A DNA stretch of 64,000 nucleotides. Source: a phage. A model generated the notes under the pieces. It did no database searches. It was not told the origin of the DNA and saw only the letters and a program-made list of their open reading frames with translations. The translations under genes and the position numbers were made by a program. Each line of letters begins with the position of its first letter. The first letter of the stretch is position 1. Positions 1 through 10,522 of the stretch are shown piece after piece. The stretch lies in the sequence record PV730302.1. One strand, given 5' to 3'.

Positions 1-2943
1 GATAAGTTATTTTGGAGAAATTTAGGTTACACCCCGAACAATAACTGGTTCGAAGAAAGATTTATTTCTCCTAATTCGTTTTATAAAATGCGTGTCGCTG
101 TAGCTGCTCAAGGATTTGAACAATCTGACTGGGTTTATACAGAAGAATTCGAGACATTTTCTACTAACGCGTATACCTTCGAGCATATGCGTGAATTCAC
201 TTTATCCAATAAATTCATTGAAGAAAAATTTACCAAAAATAACCAGAGTTACGTGGATTTTAATAGTGATGCCATTATGGCTTCTATGATGTCCGAAGAT
301 TTTACTTGGACTCCGGCGTATTCACATCTTTCTTCAATTTCCAATTATGTATTAAAGGCCGACCGCTTCCATGAGATTCAAGGAAGTATCCAGGCCGTTT
401 GTAAAGACCCTAATCGTTCTATTTTAATGGAGCTTGGTGGCGTACTTTACCTTTTAGAAAGATTCCAGAACACCGCTAAGGTATCTAACGATAAGGCCCA
501 GAACTGGCATTATATCCGTTTGTTTAATGATAGAGTAGGTAATCCGGTTTCACGTACGGCTCATTATCAAACAGATACAACAACTTATATTTTAGGATAC
601 GACCGCATATTTTACGGACGTAAATCAAGTGATATTCGTTGGTCTGCCGATGATGTACGTTTTAGCTCACAAGACGTGACATTTGCCAAAATTGGTAGTG
701 ATATCGACCTGGACTTCGAAATCGAAATTTTCGGTTCTTATGCCCGTTTACCATTAGCTATTTCTACTATCGCAGAAGCTATGTGTGCTTCGGATGATTT
801 TATTTACGTTGCGGCTCGTGACAGAGTTTATAAAGCAAAAACTACTGATGCCCCTATTGACACCGACCCGGGCTCTCCTACTTACGGTGAGAAAATATTT
901 GAAAGTGGCTATTCGACCATAACCGGTAACCCTAAAGCGGTTTGTTATAAGTTAGATTCTATCCAAGGAAATACCTTTGCCTTAATTACGGGTGAAGTTA
1001 AAGAAGAAAGAATGGACCCTACTAAAGAAGAAAACGTGGTTGATTCTGAATCTAAAGGTGTTTATTGGTTGGATGCCGAAACCGATACATGGACCAGAGT
1101 ATTTGGTAATACTGAAGAAGAGAGACGTCGTATTGAGCATGGCTATACTAGCATGTCTACCGATGGCGAAGAAATATTCTTTAGCTCAAGTAACTTCAAA
1201 TATGAAGTAGAAGTTGATAACGAATTACCTTTAGAATACCCTATTGTGGCCTCAGCGGTAAAATACGTTAAGGACGAACAGTGGATTCATGATAAACATT
1301 ATCTGATGATGAGCTTTAGAGCTAACAGTAAGTCAGATTTTAAAGAATTCAAACCGGGTCGAATGGCCTATTATGCTGAACCGTTCTTTAGTTGGTCTAG
1401 ACGCGACGGGACACGTTCTTGGATTACCACAAGTAACCATGCAATGGTTGTTTATAATGATGCCTTATACCAGAAAATTATTGATTTAAACAGTGGTTCT
1501 TCTCCTGAACGTATTATCCGTGAAATTTGGGATAAAGGCTTTTGTACCGTAACATGTCCTAATATCGAATTCAATGGATTTAAAAAATACTCTTCAGGTA
1601 TAATGATTCACAAATCATCAGGTGAATTGGTTGGATATTTCGAGTTCGACTACCGAGTTCGAGATGAAGTTAAAATAATTTGGAAGCCTAAAGAAATAAT
1701 GTTTACGGCTGAACTCCAAAACCAAGAGCATGAAATTCCATGGGCCCCTAAAGAGGAAACTGGTGAACAAGACCCTGATTTGCGTCCTTTATTGGTTAAA
1801 ATGGTTCCTGATAGTTATTTGCTTCAAGATTCTAACTTTGAAAAATTCTGCGAATATTATCTCCAGTTTATTAGTGATGGCTCCGGCACCCATTATAATA
1901 ATCTATTAAATCTTATTCGTAACCAATATCCTAGAGAAGAAGATGCATGGGAATACTTATGGTCTGAAATCTATAAACGCAATATCTATTTGTCTAAAGA
2001 AAAACGCGACGAAGTAGTTCGTTTCTTCCAAGCAAGACAATCGGATTTCTGGTCTACAAAAGGTACCGAAGCTTCATATAAATTCCTGTTTAAATTGCTT
2101 TATAACGAAGATGTTGAAATTGACATCGAGTCCAAGAACTCGATTGAATATGATATCATCGTAGAATCCGACAATATCAGTGAAGATATCGTAGGCCAAA
2201 CAATTTATACCCCTACAGGAAGAAGTAATGTTACTTATATAGAACGAAATTACAAAGATGGTAAATTGCAATGGCGTTTAACCATTCACAATCTTTTAGG
2301 CCGTTTTATAGTCGGACAAGAGATTAAATCTGAACGCACCTCATTTAAAGGTATGATAGTGCAGGGTGTACGCGGTAAAGAATTGTTAAGTAACAATATC
2401 GATTATATTAACCGCAACCGTTCTTATTATGTTATGACTATTAAATCCAACCTCCCTACTTCTCGATACCGTAATGACGTGTTGAGATTTGTCCATCCTG
2501 TAGGATTTGGTTTTATAGGGATTACGTTGCTTTCTATGTTTGTTAATGTCGGTTTGACATTAAAGCACACGGAAACCATTATTAATATACTTAAGAACTA
2601 TAAGTGGGACTCAGGTCTTCCATCCGAGTGGTACGATAGAGTTGCTGTAATCGGATTTGATGGTAATATAGAAAGAGACCCTAGAACAGGACTTCCGGTT
2701 TATAACGTTGGACCTAAAGCAGGCGAACCGTTCCCTATTCCTGTTGATTATGATGCAGAAAATGATTTCTCTGTATTCCAAGGTCAATTACCTCATGAAC
2801 GTATTAAAAAGCATAGTCCTTTATTTGACCAAAGTGCAGTAACATTTTCAAAATGGCGTGCTTTAGTTGATGACAGACTTAAAGCTGATATTGGAAACCC
2901 TAGAGACCCGCAAGACCCAACTCAGGTAAAAATTGATGATTAA
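1..2943 (+). CDS. gp7: Baseplate wedge initiator gp7, 5' end truncated by window edge
   Basis: Reading frame is open from nt 1 with no stop before the ATG at 88; large ORF immediately upstream of gp8-gp12 as in T4. Confidence 0.8.
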   Translation, partial: DKLFWRNLGYTPNNNWFEERFISPNSFYKMRVAVAAQGFEQSDWVYTEEFETFSTNAYTFEHMREFTLSNKFIEEKFTKNNQSYVDFNSDAIMASMMSEDFTWTPAYSHLSSISNYVLKADRFHEIQGSIQAVCKDPNRSILMELGGVLYLLERFQNTAKVSNDKAQNWHYIRLFNDRVGNPVSRTAHYQTDTTTYILGYDRIFYGRKSSDIRWSADDVRFSSQDVTFAKIGSDIDLDFEIEIFGSYARLPLAISTIAEAMCASDDFIYVAARDRVYKAKTTDAPIDTDPGSPTYGEKIFESGYSTITGNPKAVCYKLDSIQGNTFALITGEVKEERMDPTKEENVVDSESKGVYWLDAETDTWTRVFGNTEEERRRIEHGYTSMSTDGEEIFFSSSNFKYEVEVDNELPLEYPIVASAVKYVKDEQWIHDKHYLMMSFRANSKSDFKEFKPGRMAYYAEPFFSWSRRDGTRSWITTSNHAMVVYNDALYQKIIDLNSGSSPERIIREIWDKGFCTVTCPNIEFNGFKKYSSGIMIHKSSGELVGYFEFDYRVRDEVKIIWKPKEIMFTAELQNQEHEIPWAPKEETGEQDPDLRPLLVKMVPDSYLLQDSNFEKFCEYYLQFISDGSGTHYNNLLNLIRNQYPREEDAWEYLWSEIYKRNIYLSKEKRDEVVRFFQARQSDFWSTKGTEASYKFLFKLLYNEDVEIDIESKNSIEYDIIVESDNISEDIVGQTIYTPTGRSNVTYIERNYKDGKLQWRLTIHNLLGRFIVGQEIKSERTSFKGMIVQGVRGKELLSNNIDYINRNRSYYVMTIKSNLPTSRYRNDVLRFVHPVGFGFIGITLLSMFVNVGLTLKHTETIINILKNYKWDSGLPSEWYDRVAVIGFDGNIERDPRTGLPVYNVGPKAGEPFPIPVDYDAENDFSVFQGQLPHERIKKHSPLFDQSAVTFSKWRALVDDRLKADIGNPRDPQDPTQVKIDD

Positions 2944-3940
2944 TTCAACAGTAATATACCGTTCTATTGTTACTTCTAAATTTAGAACGGAAAAGATGTA
3001 CAACTTTTACAGAACAATTGGTGATGGTGAAGACCAGAACACGATGTATGTATCTTTCGGGAGAGCCCAACCATGGGCTCCTAACGAAAACGACCCAGGC
3101 TTTGCTCCACCTTATCCTGTAGATGATTCTGAGGGCGTAGAAGACGTCTGGACAAACATGATGGGTTGTGTTAAGGTTTATAAGAGCATGTTGGATTGTG
3201 TTGTTCCTCGCAAAGACTGGGGCGATACCTCTTATCCTAACCCTTTCACTTTCCAAATTGGCGAAATTGTAGTGGCGAATAGCCAACCTCAAAACCGTAC
3301 TGATGTGGGTGCAGGTTGGATGGTTTATCGTTGTGTAGACGTACCGGAATCTGGAGCATGTTCTATTTTATCTCTTGATAACAAAACCGAGTGTATTAAA
3401 CTTGGCGGTAAATGGACTGCTAACGTTCCTTCAGTTAAAGCTCCGGCAGGACAAGGCGATACGGAAGGCATGGTAGACACTGGTGATGGTTACCTTTGGG
3501 AATACCTTTATGAGATTCCACCTGATGTAAGTATCAACCGTTGTACTAACGAATATATTGTAGTGCCATGGCCAGAAGAAATTGCCGAAGACCCGGAACG
3601 TTGGGGATATGAAAACAACCTCACTTGGCAGCAAGATGATTATGGTTTAATTTATCGTATTAAAGCCAATACTATTCGTTTTAAAGCATTCTTAGATTCA
3701 GTTTACTTCCCTGAATTTAGTCTGCCTGGTAACAAAGGGTTTAGACAGCTTTCGATAATTTCTAACCCGTTAGAAGCTAAAGCTCACCCATCCGATCCAA
3801 TCATTAAAGCTGAAAAAGAGTACTATGATGTTATAGACCTCTCCCGCCATTCAGGTGAAATGATTTATATGGAAAACCGTCCTCCGGTTATTCGTTCCAT
3901 GGACCAAACAGAAGAAATTAACATTATCTTCGAATTCTAA
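2933..3940 (+). CDS. gp8: Baseplate wedge subunit gp8
   Basis: 335 aa, colinear with T4 gp8 as recalled; overlaps gp7 stop. Confidence 0.9.
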   Translation: MMINSTVIYRSIVTSKFRTEKMYNFYRTIGDGEDQNTMYVSFGRAQPWAPNENDPGFAPPYPVDDSEGVEDVWTNMMGCVKVYKSMLDCVVPRKDWGDTSYPNPFTFQIGEIVVANSQPQNRTDVGAGWMVYRCVDVPESGACSILSLDNKTECIKLGGKWTANVPSVKAPAGQGDTEGMVDTGDGYLWEYLYEIPPDVSINRCTNEYIVVPWPEEIAEDPERWGYENNLTWQQDDYGLIYRIKANTIRFKAFLDSVYFPEFSLPGNKGFRQLSIISNPLEAKAHPSDPIIKAEKEYYDVIDLSRHSGEMIYMENRPPVIRSMDQTEEINIIFEF

Positions 3941-3943
3941 TAA

Positions 3944-3962
3944 GGGCCGCAAGGCCCTTTCG
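3944..3962 (+). terminator. Short GC hairpin after gp8 (GGGCC-gcaa-GGCCC)
   Basis: 5-bp GC stem directly after gp8 stop; weak T-run. Confidence 0.3.
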
Positions 3963-3966
3963 GGGG

Positions 3967-3974
3967 TATAAATA
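3967..3974 (+). promoter_or_regulatory. T4-type late promoter TATAAATA (gp9)
   Basis: Exact TATAAATA about 27 nt upstream of gp9 ATG. Confidence 0.6.
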
Positions 3975-4000
3975 CATTATATCAATAATGAGGCATACCT

Positions 4001-4861
4001 ATGATTAAGCAAACTGGTAAGTTACTAATTGACGTCGGTGAGATTGGTAATGCCAGCACCGGCGACATCTTATATGACGGTGGTGTTAAACTGAACACCG
4101 ACTTAAACAACATCTATAATACTTTTGGTGACCAACGTAAAGCAGCCCTTACAGGCGAAACTACTGGTCAAAAATTACATGCCACCGGATACTATCAAAA
4201 ATTCGGTGATACCGACCAAGCAGGTTCTGTTGATTTAGGCTCTTTGGTGGATGTCGATGCTTCTACCGGTTCTATAGTTTTAACAACTGTAAAAGGAGCT
4301 GTGGGCGAAGGTATTGAAATAATTAACTCTAATGGAAGTATTTCAGCTACCAACTATCTTGAAATCCGTATATTGGATTCGTTTTTGAACCATCCTACAT
4401 CAGCCTTAAGAATAGTAACTCCTTATACACGGGTACTTTTATGGTGTGTAAGTGATATAAACGGTATAGCTGTATGGGATTATTCTATTGAGAGTATGTT
4501 TGGTGACAAACGAGTACCATTAAATAGAACATATAACATTTCTAACGTACCTAGAGATATCCCAGTGGTTTTTTCAGGTCAATATTCTTTAGTTAAGCTT
4601 TTAGTTACGGCAGTAAATGCCAATGAAACCATTTATAAAGCTTCTGAATATCTTTTGTTTATGGATAACCAAGCTAAAAAAATATATTCTACGGAATACG
4701 CTGTTATCCGTCGTGGACAAGCCACTGATGAAGACGAAATTTACAATCTCGATTTTAAATTTGATACATCCAACTATATAGTGGCTACGGCATCATCTGA
4801 AATCCCTATGAGATTGGCAATTAAAGTCGTAGATACCCAAACTATTGGAGTCCCAGTATAA
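4001..4861 (+). CDS. gp9: Baseplate wedge tail-fiber connector gp9
   Basis: 286 aa; N-terminus (GEIGNASTGDIL) matches T4 gp9 as recalled; TATAAATA late promoter upstream. Confidence 0.9.
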   Translation: MIKQTGKLLIDVGEIGNASTGDILYDGGVKLNTDLNNIYNTFGDQRKAALTGETTGQKLHATGYYQKFGDTDQAGSVDLGSLVDVDASTGSIVLTTVKGAVGEGIEIINSNGSISATNYLEIRILDSFLNHPTSALRIVTPYTRVLLWCVSDINGIAVWDYSIESMFGDKRVPLNRTYNISNVPRDIPVVFSGQYSLVKLLVTAVNANETIYKASEYLLFMDNQAKKIYSTEYAVIRRGQATDEDEIYNLDFKFDTSNYIVATASSEIPMRLAIKVVDTQTIGVPV

Positions 4862-6672
4862 TGAAACAAGAATTAAAAATCGGCCAGGCCGTTGACGATG
4901 GCTCCGGAGATTACCTGCGCGCAGGTGGTCTAAAAATCAATAATAACTTTAATGAGTTATATTATCAATTAGGTGATGGAGATAATCCACACGCTGCTGG
5001 TGCCTGGAAACAATATTCTACTGCAGATGGTCCTTTACTTAATGCTGTTATGGGTCATAGCTATACATTGAATACTCAAGGTGGAAGGATTAACGTTCAA
5101 CTTCCTAAAGGCACTCCATCAGAATATAACTTTGTAATTCGTTTACGTGACGTTTATTCTTCTTGGCAAGCTAACCCTGTGACTATTATACCGGCCCCAG
5201 GTGATACAATTAAAGGTTCCGCCGTACAGGTTGAAATAGCTCGTAATTTTGCCGACCTTGAACTTGTTTACTGTGCCCCGGGACGTTGGGAATATGTTGA
5301 GAACAAGCAAGTTAACCGTATTCCAAATAACGACCTCGCTACTGTAGCAACTAAACAGTTTATTGCTACTGAAGGCCAAACTGATTTCTTGGATATTTTC
5401 CCAGGTCTAACCTATAATATTTCAAGTCTTAGCGTTATCCAACGTGGTAACACCTTGTTCTACGGTGTGGATGATATATTTGATGAAGCTACTTCTGAAT
5501 TTGGTAGCCCAGGTACAAACCCAGGCGAATTGGTTGAATTGAACGGTAAAGATATCCGTTTGAAATATCCTTGTGAAGCTGGCGATACGGTAATTATTAA
5601 ATCGTATAACGATGGATTGGCTCAATGGCGCAGTTCTTATAATCGTCGCGATATTACTATTTTAGATACGACCCTTACCCATGAAACCACAGTTAACGGT
5701 TCTAAAGTAGTATTAGACCTTTCTACCGTACAGACTATCACATCGGCAGAATTAAATGTTTCTCCTACAAGCCCTATTAACCCTAATGCTTGTCAGGTAA
5801 TGCTTAATAGTACTTTATTGCATCAAGCTGGTACTGCCGGATTCCCTGCTTTCTATTGTGAAGGTGTTGATACAGATGATGCGGGCCTTTGTGCAGATTC
5901 GGGTGGCGTATGGACGCAATCCAAATCCGATTATATTTTGAATATAGCAGATGACGATAAAATCGAATCATTTGAATTTGGACGTAAACTGGAACATGGC
6001 GATATCCTTACTGTAATTTGGTATAATAATGATATCGGTACCACTATGACTATTGATGAGATTTTAGATACCACAAACGATATCTATATTTCTCAAGGTC
6101 CTTCGGTGTCTTTAACAGGTCAAGTTCGTATTACTGATGTGGATAATCCATTTTCTCCTAACTTTGAACCTGTAGCAGAATCTGAAGTTTCTATTAATAC
6201 GGCAGCAGTGATGTTTGATTTGCTCCACCCTATTGGAACGATTTATGAGAACACTGTGAACCCTAATAACCCTGCAACTTATATGGGTATGGGTAGTTGG
6301 AAACGTCTGTCTGATAGTTTCCTTGTAGGTTGGTCTCCGGATGCTGACTCGTTGTTCAATGCAAACAATAATGATTTAGACTCTGGTGGTGTTCCTAAAT
6401 CTACTGCCGGCGGGACGGGCGGTTCTCATAATATTTCCATTAAATATGAAAACGTTCCTGAACTTAATACAGACGACAAGGTATTAGTTGCCGATGATAA
6501 CGGCCCTATTGTTATTGGCGGATGTTTGGTAGACCCGGATGCCCAAGGCCCGGCTTATACAAAATATCGTGAAGATAAAGCTACGATAAACAAACAGCAA
6601 TCTACAACGCCTATTCCTATTGGCACTTTGCCTCCATATACAACCGTTTATCGCTGGGTGAGGATTGCGTAA
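4861..6672 (+). CDS. gp10: Baseplate wedge subunit and tail pin gp10
   Basis: 603 aa; position and size match T4 gp10; start overlaps gp9 stop. Confidence 0.88.
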   Translation: MKQELKIGQAVDDGSGDYLRAGGLKINNNFNELYYQLGDGDNPHAAGAWKQYSTADGPLLNAVMGHSYTLNTQGGRINVQLPKGTPSEYNFVIRLRDVYSSWQANPVTIIPAPGDTIKGSAVQVEIARNFADLELVYCAPGRWEYVENKQVNRIPNNDLATVATKQFIATEGQTDFLDIFPGLTYNISSLSVIQRGNTLFYGVDDIFDEATSEFGSPGTNPGELVELNGKDIRLKYPCEAGDTVIIKSYNDGLAQWRSSYNRRDITILDTTLTHETTVNGSKVVLDLSTVQTITSAELNVSPTSPINPNACQVMLNSTLLHQAGTAGFPAFYCEGVDTDDAGLCADSGGVWTQSKSDYILNIADDDKIESFEFGRKLEHGDILTVIWYNNDIGTTMTIDEILDTTNDIYISQGPSVSLTGQVRITDVDNPFSPNFEPVAESEVSINTAAVMFDLLHPIGTIYENTVNPNNPATYMGMGSWKRLSDSFLVGWSPDADSLFNANNNDLDSGGVPKSTAGGTGGSHNISIKYENVPELNTDDKVLVADDNGPIVIGGCLVDPDAQGPAYTKYREDKATINKQQSTTPIPIGTLPPYTTVYRWVRIA

Positions 6673-7337
6673 TGACTTTAACAGAAATGAAAAGCGGGTT
6701 AAAATCCCGCCTTGCCGACTTTTTAGAATTTTCTTTTACAACTAATCAACCTGCCGCAGTGGCAGGTCAACGCCCTATTGGTGGTCCATCGGCAAACCAA
6801 ACCCAAAAAGGTGTTTATTACCCTACGGTCCAAAGTGCTATTGATGATATTGCTTTCCGTGCAGAACTTCCTGTCAATGCAGTGGTAACTACTACTGAAA
6901 ACAGGGCACCCGGCTTTATTCAACAATCAGATAAATTAACTTTCTCCGGCTCCATTTCTTCTGGTGGCGAATTAGGCGATACGGTTATTATTAAGGTATT
7001 CGGTTTGCCTGTTGAAGTTATTGTGGGTGATTCTTCGGTCCTGGTTGCTTCTAAAGTTAACGATGCTTTTATAAGCGCTATTGCCGATAGTTATATTTTG
7101 GCAGAAACGTCTATCGACCCTCTAGACCAGTCTACTTTAAACATTAAATATAACGACTACCAAAACCATATTTTTGAGCCATTTAAACAAGCAGGATGCA
7201 CCATTTCTCAGACTATAGTTCAACAGCCTCGTGCAGGTTATGGATACTGGGAATATTTAGGTTCTACTACAGAATCTATGACAGGTGGAACCGTAAATGG
7301 AACAACAACCTTATATCACTATAAGCGAGTAAGTTAA
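6672..7337 (+). CDS. gp11: Baseplate wedge subunit and tail pin gp11
   Basis: 221 aa; synteny gp10-gp11-gp12; start overlaps gp10 stop. Confidence 0.88.
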   Translation: MTLTEMKSGLKSRLADFLEFSFTTNQPAAVAGQRPIGGPSANQTQKGVYYPTVQSAIDDIAFRAELPVNAVVTTTENRAPGFIQQSDKLTFSGSISSGGELGDTVIIKVFGLPVEVIVGDSSVLVASKVNDAFISAIADSYILAETSIDPLDQSTLNIKYNDYQNHIFEPFKQAGCTISQTIVQQPRAGYGYWEYLGSTTESMTGGTVNGTTTLYHYKRVS

Positions 7338-8869
7338 TGTCTACAAATACACTAAAACACATAAGTGATAAATCAGAATTTAAAACATTCGACCCTACTG
7401 GGTCGAATTTTGACCCCTCTATTACTAATGTCCAGGATGCATTGGCGTCTATTTCCGCTATAGGTGTTACAGGTAATATACCTTCAGCTTCTGAAACAGA
7501 ACAGGGTATTATTAGATTAGCGACCCAACAAGAAGTTATTGATGGCACCGATACTTTCTCTGCAGTAACTCCGGCCACTTTAAAAGGCCGTTTAGATATT
7601 CCTACTCAAGCAACAGAAACTTATGTAGGTATCACCCGTTACGCCACTAATGCTGAAGCCATTGCCGGAACAGAAACCCAGGCTGCAATCGTAGCATCGT
7701 CTTTGAAAGCTACTATAGATTATACATTCACCAATCGTTTAGCCACAGAGAACACTACAGGCGTACTCAAGATTTCAACCCTGCCTGCTGCTCTAGCCGG
7801 TACAGATGATACGACGGCAATGACACCGCTGAAAACCGCCCAGGCAATTGGCGCTGCTACATCGGCATTACCAACTTATTCAAGTGCTACTCAAACTACT
7901 GAAGGTATTGTTAGAATCGCAACAAACGCTGAAGTGGCAAATGGTACATTGACTAATGGTGTGGCAATTTCTCCTTCTGGGTTAAAATCTTTAACTTCTA
8001 CCCAAGGACGAGCAGGTATTATTAGATTAGCCACTCCACAAGAAGCTTCTGCTGGCAGTGATTCTAATATAGCTTTATCTCCTTCAACTCTTCTTTCTCG
8101 TACCGGTACTACCGGAAGGTTGGGTGTTGTTAAATTATCGACTACGGTTGGTTCTGGTGATGGGAATACTGCATTGGCATATAATGCTAACGTTATTTCT
8201 ACCACAGGCGGCACCATTAATGGTACTTTAAACGTTAACGGTACTTTACGTCGCAATGGGCGTGATGTTGTTACTATCGACCAATTAAAAGATTCTGTCC
8301 CTATCGGTACTATTGTTATGTGGGGAGGCCAGATTAATAATATCCCTGCAGGTTGGGCTGTTTGTGATGGTGGTAACTCTGGTGAACAAGGATTCCGAAA
8401 TGTAGTTGGTAGTAAATGGGGTTCAACCGGCGCTCGTCCTGATTTCCGTGGATTATATCCTCGCGGTGCAAACCAGACTAACGACGGTGGATTAAGAGAA
8501 TGGGATGCCAACGTTAGAATTAGAGATGCCAAAGGTAATGATGCCAAAGGTAAACCTAAATTAGGCGTGGGTTGCGGTTCATATGGCCATGGCACTGTAC
8601 AAGCCCAGCAGCTTCGTTTCCATAAACACGCTGGTGGTTTTGGCGAACACGACAACGCAGGTGCATTTGGTAATACCGTTCGTTCCAACTTTGCAGGTAC
8701 TCGTAAAGGGCTGGACTGGGATAACCGTTCTTACTTTACAAACGAAGGATATGAAATTGACGGTTCAGGTTCACGAGATTCAAGAACTACTCTAAACAGC
8801 GAAGGGTTAGTTGGTAACGAAAACCGTCCTTGGACTATGTCCATCCTATTCATTATTAAAGTTGCTTAA
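7337..8869 (+). CDS. gp12: Short tail fiber gp12
   Basis: 510 aa with repeated GxxRxAT-type motifs (GIIRLATQQE, GITRYATNAEA, GIVRIATNAEV, GIIRLATPQEA) typical of T4 gp12. Confidence 0.9.
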   Translation: MSTNTLKHISDKSEFKTFDPTGSNFDPSITNVQDALASISAIGVTGNIPSASETEQGIIRLATQQEVIDGTDTFSAVTPATLKGRLDIPTQATETYVGITRYATNAEAIAGTETQAAIVASSLKATIDYTFTNRLATENTTGVLKISTLPAALAGTDDTTAMTPLKTAQAIGAATSALPTYSSATQTTEGIVRIATNAEVANGTLTNGVAISPSGLKSLTSTQGRAGIIRLATPQEASAGSDSNIALSPSTLLSRTGTTGRLGVVKLSTTVGSGDGNTALAYNANVISTTGGTINGTLNVNGTLRRNGRDVVTIDQLKDSVPIGTIVMWGGQINNIPAGWAVCDGGNSGEQGFRNVVGSKWGSTGARPDFRGLYPRGANQTNDGGLREWDANVRIRDAKGNDAKGKPKLGVGCGSYGHGTVQAQQLRFHKHAGGFGEHDNAGAFGNTVRSNFAGTRKGLDWDNRSYFTNEGYEIDGSGSRDSRTTLNSEGLVGNENRPWTMSILFIIKVA

Positions 8870-8878
8870 GGAAATAAA

Positions 8879-10468
8879 ATGATTGACAAACTGAGTATTA
8901 AAGAACTTCCGTTTGTCGATGGTGTACCCGATGCATCCCAAGAGCGTATCCGTTGGATACGCAATGGAGAATGTATTGAAGGAGCCACGACTAAATACGG
9001 TCACGACGGTAATTTGAATGCCCCTGCTTTAGGAGTACAAACCAACGTAGTTAGATTAGAAGAAAACAGTATAGCTTCTAAAGACAAAATTAACGAGCTT
9101 GTGGATAACGTTAATTTGATTAATGAAGCCCTAGATATTTCTACTGATACGGCGGTTATTCAGCAAATTGAAAAGAACCGTGTCGATATACTGGCTGTGG
9201 ATGAAAAGGCTTCCGAAACTAAACAAGAATTAGGTGACTTAACCGTTAATTTTAATTTTTTAGAAGAAGATGTAGGTTATTATGACCCGGCTTTAGACGG
9301 GACTTATCTAACCGTCAGAGAAAATATAAATCTTCTTAAATCTGAAATTGGTCATTATGCGAACCAGGATATAAACAGCCAACCGCTTCCTCCAGGTGAA
9401 ACTTCTGAAGCCACCGGCATGAAACGTCGCATTATGGATAATACCAGTGCTATTGTCGACCATTCACAACGTATAGATACCCTTGAAAAGAATTACGAAG
9501 ATTCTGATGTAGGGCAACTTGGGCTTAAGATTAACGAAATTCGTGAAGAACTCGGCCCTCATATCGATACCATAGGTAAACAACCGGCGTATACCAGGAT
9601 TTCCACTCTTGAAACTGCTGCTGTAAGCTTTAACGAATCAATAGATTCTATCAAAACCAGTATAGGTTTTAATAAAGGCCCTATTGATACAAGAGTAACC
9701 ACTCTGGAAACTAAAACTTCAACTTTAGAAAACACCGTTAATACCGGTTTGGTTCCTAGAGTTACTGCAGTGGAAACCGCTATCGGTACGGCAGATGCCC
9801 CTACTTCTATTAATGGTAGATTAGGTGGCTTACGTACCGATGTTAATGAACTAAAAACTATAGTAGGTGCTAGTTCGTCTGAAGGGCTTCGTTTCCAGGT
9901 TTCCGATATAGACCGTAAAATTGGTGCCGATGTAAGTCCGGCTGCGGGAACAATTAATAAACGTTTGAATGACCTTACGACTCAAGGTAATACTTCAGCC
10001 TCAACTATTCAGGATTTACAGGCTGAAATTGGTAATAACCAAACAGGTATTAAAGGTTCTATTCTTAAAATTACCAACCAAATTGAAGGAACAAACCCTA
10101 ACGGTAGTACTGTAGAAGAACGAGGGCTAATAAACTCTGTTAAAGGCCTTGAAGCTCAAATGCCTACTAAATTGAGTGACGCCCCTGCTGATGGTAAATT
10201 GTACGGACGTAAAGATGCGGCATGGGCTGAAGTTGTTGATGCAGGTACAGAAATAGCTGCAGTAAAAGCTTCTTTAGTAGTTACTGATGGTGAGGTTGAT
10301 GATTTAGGAACTCGTTTAACTGCGGCTGAAGGTAAAATCACTGCACTAGAAACTGAGTTGGCTAAACGCCCTCCTGTTGCTCCTGTGGCTGACGGACTTC
10401 CGTATGTTCTGGTTGATAACGCATGGGTACTATTGTCAGATTTTGTGACTTTAAACCCAGCACCGTAA
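8879..10468 (+). CDS. wac: Fibritin (whisker/neck fibre) Wac
   Basis: 529 aa, heptad-rich coiled coil with foldon-like C-terminus (DGLPYVLVDNAWVLLSDF); followed by rho-independent terminator. Confidence 0.85.
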   Translation: MIDKLSIKELPFVDGVPDASQERIRWIRNGECIEGATTKYGHDGNLNAPALGVQTNVVRLEENSIASKDKINELVDNVNLINEALDISTDTAVIQQIEKNRVDILAVDEKASETKQELGDLTVNFNFLEEDVGYYDPALDGTYLTVRENINLLKSEIGHYANQDINSQPLPPGETSEATGMKRRIMDNTSAIVDHSQRIDTLEKNYEDSDVGQLGLKINEIREELGPHIDTIGKQPAYTRISTLETAAVSFNESIDSIKTSIGFNKGPIDTRVTTLETKTSTLENTVNTGLVPRVTAVETAIGTADAPTSINGRLGGLRTDVNELKTIVGASSSEGLRFQVSDIDRKIGADVSPAAGTINKRLNDLTTQGNTSASTIQDLQAEIGNNQTGIKGSILKITNQIEGTNPNGSTVEERGLINSVKGLEAQMPTKLSDAPADGKLYGRKDAAWAEVVDAGTEIAAVKASLVVTDGEVDDLGTRLTAAEGKITALETELAKRPPVAPVADGLPYVLVDNAWVLLSDFVTLNPAP

Positions 10469-10470
10469 TA

Positions 10471-10492
10471 AAAGGGCTTCGGCCCTTTTTTG
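10471..10492 (+). terminator. Rho-independent terminator after wac
   Basis: AGGGC-ttcg-GCCCT hairpin followed by TTTTTT. Confidence 0.6.
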
Positions 10493-10493
10493 C

Positions 10494-10501
10494 TATAAAT
10501 A
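10494..10501 (+). promoter_or_regulatory. T4-type late promoter TATAAATA (gp13)
   Basis: Exact TATAAATA immediately after the wac terminator and upstream of gp13. Confidence 0.6.
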
Positions 10502-10522
10502 CGGTTATTAGAGGAATAAAAC

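Noticed and set aside
88-2943. ATG at 88 as the gp7 start
   Set aside because: The frame is open from nt 1 with no stop; the 951-aa ORF is probably a 5'-truncated fragment of a longer gp7 starting upstream of the window.
7891-8688. 265-aa Pro-rich ORF antisense to gp12
   Set aside because: Mirror image of the Gly/Thr/Ala-rich repeats of gp12; no RBS or promoter; artifact.
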